From a virus (lineage: Duplodnaviria > Heunggongvirae > Uroviricota > Caudoviricetes), in IMG/VR virus record IMGVR_UViG_2585427785_000005: a stretch of DNA of 18,927 nucleotides. One strand, given 5' to 3'. A program made the translations under genes and the position numbers. Every line of letters starts with the position of its first letter. Positions within the stretch are counted from its first letter, which is position 1. This document shows, in pieces, positions 17,230 to 18,927 of the stretch. The notes below the pieces were generated by a model, which saw only the letters and a list, made by a program, of their open reading frames with translations, did not search any database and had not been told where the DNA came from.

Positions 17230-17565
17230 ATGAAGTGGATTGTGATTGATACAGTTATCCAGCCATCATGCGGAATATCTTTTTCAGTCATATGGAGTAA
17301 AATAAAATTAATAATCTGGTATCAATCGGATGCTTTCTTACCTCCTGAAAGTATATTTACACTGACTCACACAGGCATCATGCTCAATAACAAAGTGCTA
17401 CCTGTAACCATTTACAACGTAGTACCATTCAATAAAACATTCTGGAATTTAATCAAAAACAGCCAGGAATGCCCTACAAATACAGATAACGTATTGAATG
17501 AATGCTTTAATAACCGTTGCACTCTGCAAATATGTCCTTATGGGCTAAAACAACAAAGTCCATAA
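17230..17565 (+). CDS. hypothetical 111-aa protein, AT-rich moron ORF
   Basis: AAGGAAA Shine-Dalgarno sequence 7 nt before the ATG. Very low GC, five Cys in the C-terminal half, no recognisable motif. Opposite strand to the surrounding late genes. Confidence 0.35.
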   Translation: MKWIVIDTVIQPSCGISFSVIWSKIKLIIWYQSDAFLPPESIFTLTHTGIMLNNKVLPVTIYNVVPFNKTFWNLIKNSQECPTNTDNVLNECFNNRCTLQICPYGLKQQSP

Positions 17566-17584
17566 GGAGTTTACTCACATCTGA

Positions 17585-17790
17585 CAAAATCAATATAAAC
17601 AGCCCCTCCGGAGAGGGGCTGGAGAGTGGCGCTATGTGCCATTGCATGGTGCCGGGTGCCTCCCGGTGAATTCAGTACCAGCACCTGAATCCGCGATTAT
17701 CCCATATACCTACTCGCTGATTACCCCTCCGCACAGGGGGATTCACCATGCGAAATTTTTTAACAAACTTCCCGCCGGCCAGACAATAAT
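17585..17790 (-). ncRNA. E1: candidate promoter, ~160-nt structured transcript and intrinsic terminator (minus strand)
   Basis: -35 TTGTCT (17786-17781), 18-nt spacer, -10 TAAAAA (17762-17757). The 5' GCAUGGUG pairs with a 3' CACCAUGC. Terminator hairpin AGCCCCTC-tccg-GAGGGGCT (17620-17601) then a T-rich tail. Confidence 0.35.
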
Positions 17791-18057
17791 CGCCAGCCTG
17801 AATTATGAGCAACGTGGCATTTTACGGGAAAACTGTTTTCTGCAGTAAAAAGGCCCGCCGGAGCGAGCCTGGAAGGATAGCGGTCATGTGATGCCGGTTT
17901 CCCGGTAACTCAGCATCGGTATCTGAGTCAACGTTTTCTCTACTGGGTCATTTCCGATACGTTCCGCCTTCCGGCAGACTTTCATCACGTCAGAAAATAT
18001 AGCACCCTGAGTAACAGGACAGTACTCAGAATTCAGGAAACTGTGACACATCCTGCA

Positions 18058-18255
18058 CAGAAAAGCCCCTCCGGAGAGGGGCTGAAGTATAGCCTAATTT
18101 CTGTCTGTCGCATGGTGCCAGGGGACTCCCGGTAAATTCAGCCTGTCTACTGAATTTGCATGTTCTCTGGATCATACACTTTGCCAGATGCCCCGCCGCT
18201 GAGGGGGATTCACCATGCGATGTAATTTTTAACAAATTCTCCGGCAGCCAGACAA
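18058..18255 (-). ncRNA. E2: diverged tandem copy of E1 with the same promoter, 5'/3' pairing and terminator
   Basis: -35 TTGTCT (18255-18250), 18-nt spacer, -10 TAAAAA (18231-18226). 5' CGCAUGGUG pairs with 3' CACCAUGCG. Hairpin 18083-18064 followed by UUUUC. Confidence 0.35.
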
Positions 18256-18452
18256 TCATCAAGCTGTGGAATTGTGAGGTATTTAAAAATTTCAACGGGT
18301 AACTGATACCCTGCTAATCGCCTGATGCTTTCTTTTTCAGCAACGGGAAAGCAACAACCACACACCCGCCACCAAAACACCATCAGACAGCACCGACATT
18401 ATCCGGCTGCTGAAGTCCACCATCACCACCAGAAACAACAGGAGTGCAACCA

Positions 18453-18498
18453 CAGCTGCTTAGAAGGCAATTGCTCTGTCCGGCTGAGCTAACAACGC
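18453..18498 (-). pseudogene. truncated tRNA-like remnant (5' half, Arg anticodon UCU-like)
   Basis: Minus strand reads GCGTTGT-TA-GCTC-AGCCGGACA-GAGC-A-ATTGC-CTTCTAA-GCAGC (acceptor 5' strand, D-arm, anticodon arm with TCT), but there is no canonical T-arm or matching acceptor 3' strand. Confidence 0.4.
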
Positions 18499-18512
18499 AG
18501 AATACCGATAAA

Positions 18513-18589
18513 TGGACCGCCATCGAGAACTCGAACCCCGCGCAACCAGCTTCGAAGGCTGGCGCTCTATCCCGATGAGCTAATGGTGG
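18513..18589 (-). tRNA. tRNA-Arg (anticodon UCG)
   Basis: Cloverleaf folded by hand: acceptor CCACCAT/ATGGCGG with one mismatch, D-stem GCTC/GAGC, anticodon stem CCAGC/GCTGG with loop CTTCGAA, T-arm CGGGG-TTCGAGT-TCTCG, encoded CCA. Confidence 0.75.
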
Positions 18590-18598
18590 TATGTGATA

Positions 18599-18674
18599 TG
18601 GTGGCCCTTGCTGGATTTGAACCAGCGACCTGGCGATTATGAGTCGCTCGCTCTCACCACTGAGCTAAAGGGCC
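18599..18674 (-). tRNA. tRNA with CAU anticodon (Ile2/lysidine-type or Met; ileX/ileZ-like)
   Basis: GGCCCTTTAGCTCAGTGGTGAGAGCGAGCGACTCATAATCGCCAGGTCGCTGGTTCAAATCCAGCAAGGGCCACCA, 76 nt. Perfect 7-bp acceptor stem, T-loop TTCAAAT, encoded CCA. Close to the E. coli ileX sequence as I remember it. Confidence 0.85.
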
Positions 18675-18723
18675 GGGAGCAGAATAATAATGGTGCGTAA
18701 TTAATTCTGCAATCTCATCCGTT

Positions 18724-18927
18724 TCAAACGATTAAATCCTGAACTTCCCTGACTGTCTGCTCAAAACGTCCGGTCTCCAGTTCAACGCCAATCGCACGAC
18801 GCCCGAGCGCCAGTGCCGCTTTTACCGTTGAACCTGAGCCCATAAAAAAATCTGCAACCAGGTCACCCGGACGACTGCTTGCGCTGATTATCTGCTGCAG
18901 CATTTCTGCCGGTTTTTCGCACGGATG
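18724..18927 (-). CDS. DNA methyltransferase (N6-adenine / N4-cytosine family), C-terminal 67 aa; the gene continues beyond the window
   Basis: Minus-strand translation HPCEKPAEMLQQIISASSRPGDLVADFFMGSGSTVKAALALGRRAIGVELETGRFEQTVREVQDLIV* carries the HPxxKP and D-x-F-x-GSGST (SAM-binding) motifs of beta-class amino-methyltransferases. Confidence 0.8.
   Translation of the reverse strand, partial: HPCEKPAEMLQQIISASSRPGDLVADFFMGSGSTVKAALALGRRAIGVELETGRFEQTVREVQDLIV

Noticed and set aside
17636-17848. 70-aa plus-strand ORF inside E1, and the 89-aa minus-strand ORF (18026-18295) inside E2
   Set aside because: Both read straight through the conserved terminator hairpins and promoter-like elements. 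The E1/E2 similarity pattern (conserved structure, diverged sequence) does not follow a reading frame.
17585-18300. Possible CRISPR array suggested by repeated hairpin-containing units
   Set aside because: Only two copies, about 200 bp long and about 460 bp apart. They are diverged, not short identical repeats with unique spacers, and no cas genes are present.
18337-18423. 28-aa hydrophobic minus-strand mini-ORF (MVDFSSRIMSVLSDGVLVAGVWLLLSRC) next to the tRNA remnant, reminiscent of a type I toxin
   Set aside because: Arises in a GT-rich stretch partly overlapping the degenerate tRNA. No properly spaced Shine-Dalgarno sequence and no antisense partner recognisable. Too weak to call without conservation data.
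16985-18452. Shiga toxin genes (stxA/stxB) expected between the tRNAs and nanS-p
   Set aside because: No ORFs of the appropriate size (~320 aa and ~90 aa with signal peptides) exist on the late strand. The interval is occupied by E1/E2 and non-coding sequence.
1-18927. Integrase, excisionase and attachment sites (prophage boundaries)
   Set aside because: None found. The window appears to lie wholly inside the prophage late region, so no boundary can be called.

Overview
This window is the late (right-arm) region of a decaying lambdoid prophage of the phage 21 / DLP12 type in an E. coli-like genome, transcribed mostly on the minus strand. Its layout resembles a Shiga-toxin phage late region but carries no stx genes. 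Reading right to left: a partial N6/N4 DNA methyltransferase at the window edge, two tRNAs (anticodons CAU and UCG) plus a truncated third tRNA-like remnant, two tandem diverged copies of a structured promoter-to-terminator element (E2, E1), an AT-rich divergent ORF, a NanS-p-like sialate O-acetylesterase interrupted by one in-frame TGA, and a lysis cassette (pinholin, a small unknown ORF, SAR endolysin, Rz/Rz1). A low-GC two-gene convergent cassette then sits in the Rz-cos moron hotspot, followed by a lambda-like cos site, terminase small subunit Nu1, and a terminase-A N-terminal fragment fused by deletion to the C-terminal ~900 aa of tail tip protein J. Leftward come lom, a 968-aa side tail fibre (stf) with its assembly gene (tfa), and a Pin/Gin-type invertible tail-fibre segment bounded by gix-like inverted sites with a decayed pin invertase gene. 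At the left end a class I SAM-dependent methyltransferase on the opposite strand is flanked by ~150-bp direct repeats made of tfa 3' ends plus a hairpin. The strongest candidates for undescribed biology are the two-gene cassette at 11341-12970 (an unknown 355-aa protein with a PD-(D/E)xK-like 206-aa partner) and the E1/E2 elements occupying the position where stx would sit. All calls rest on reading the sequence and on remembered protein families; no database search was run.
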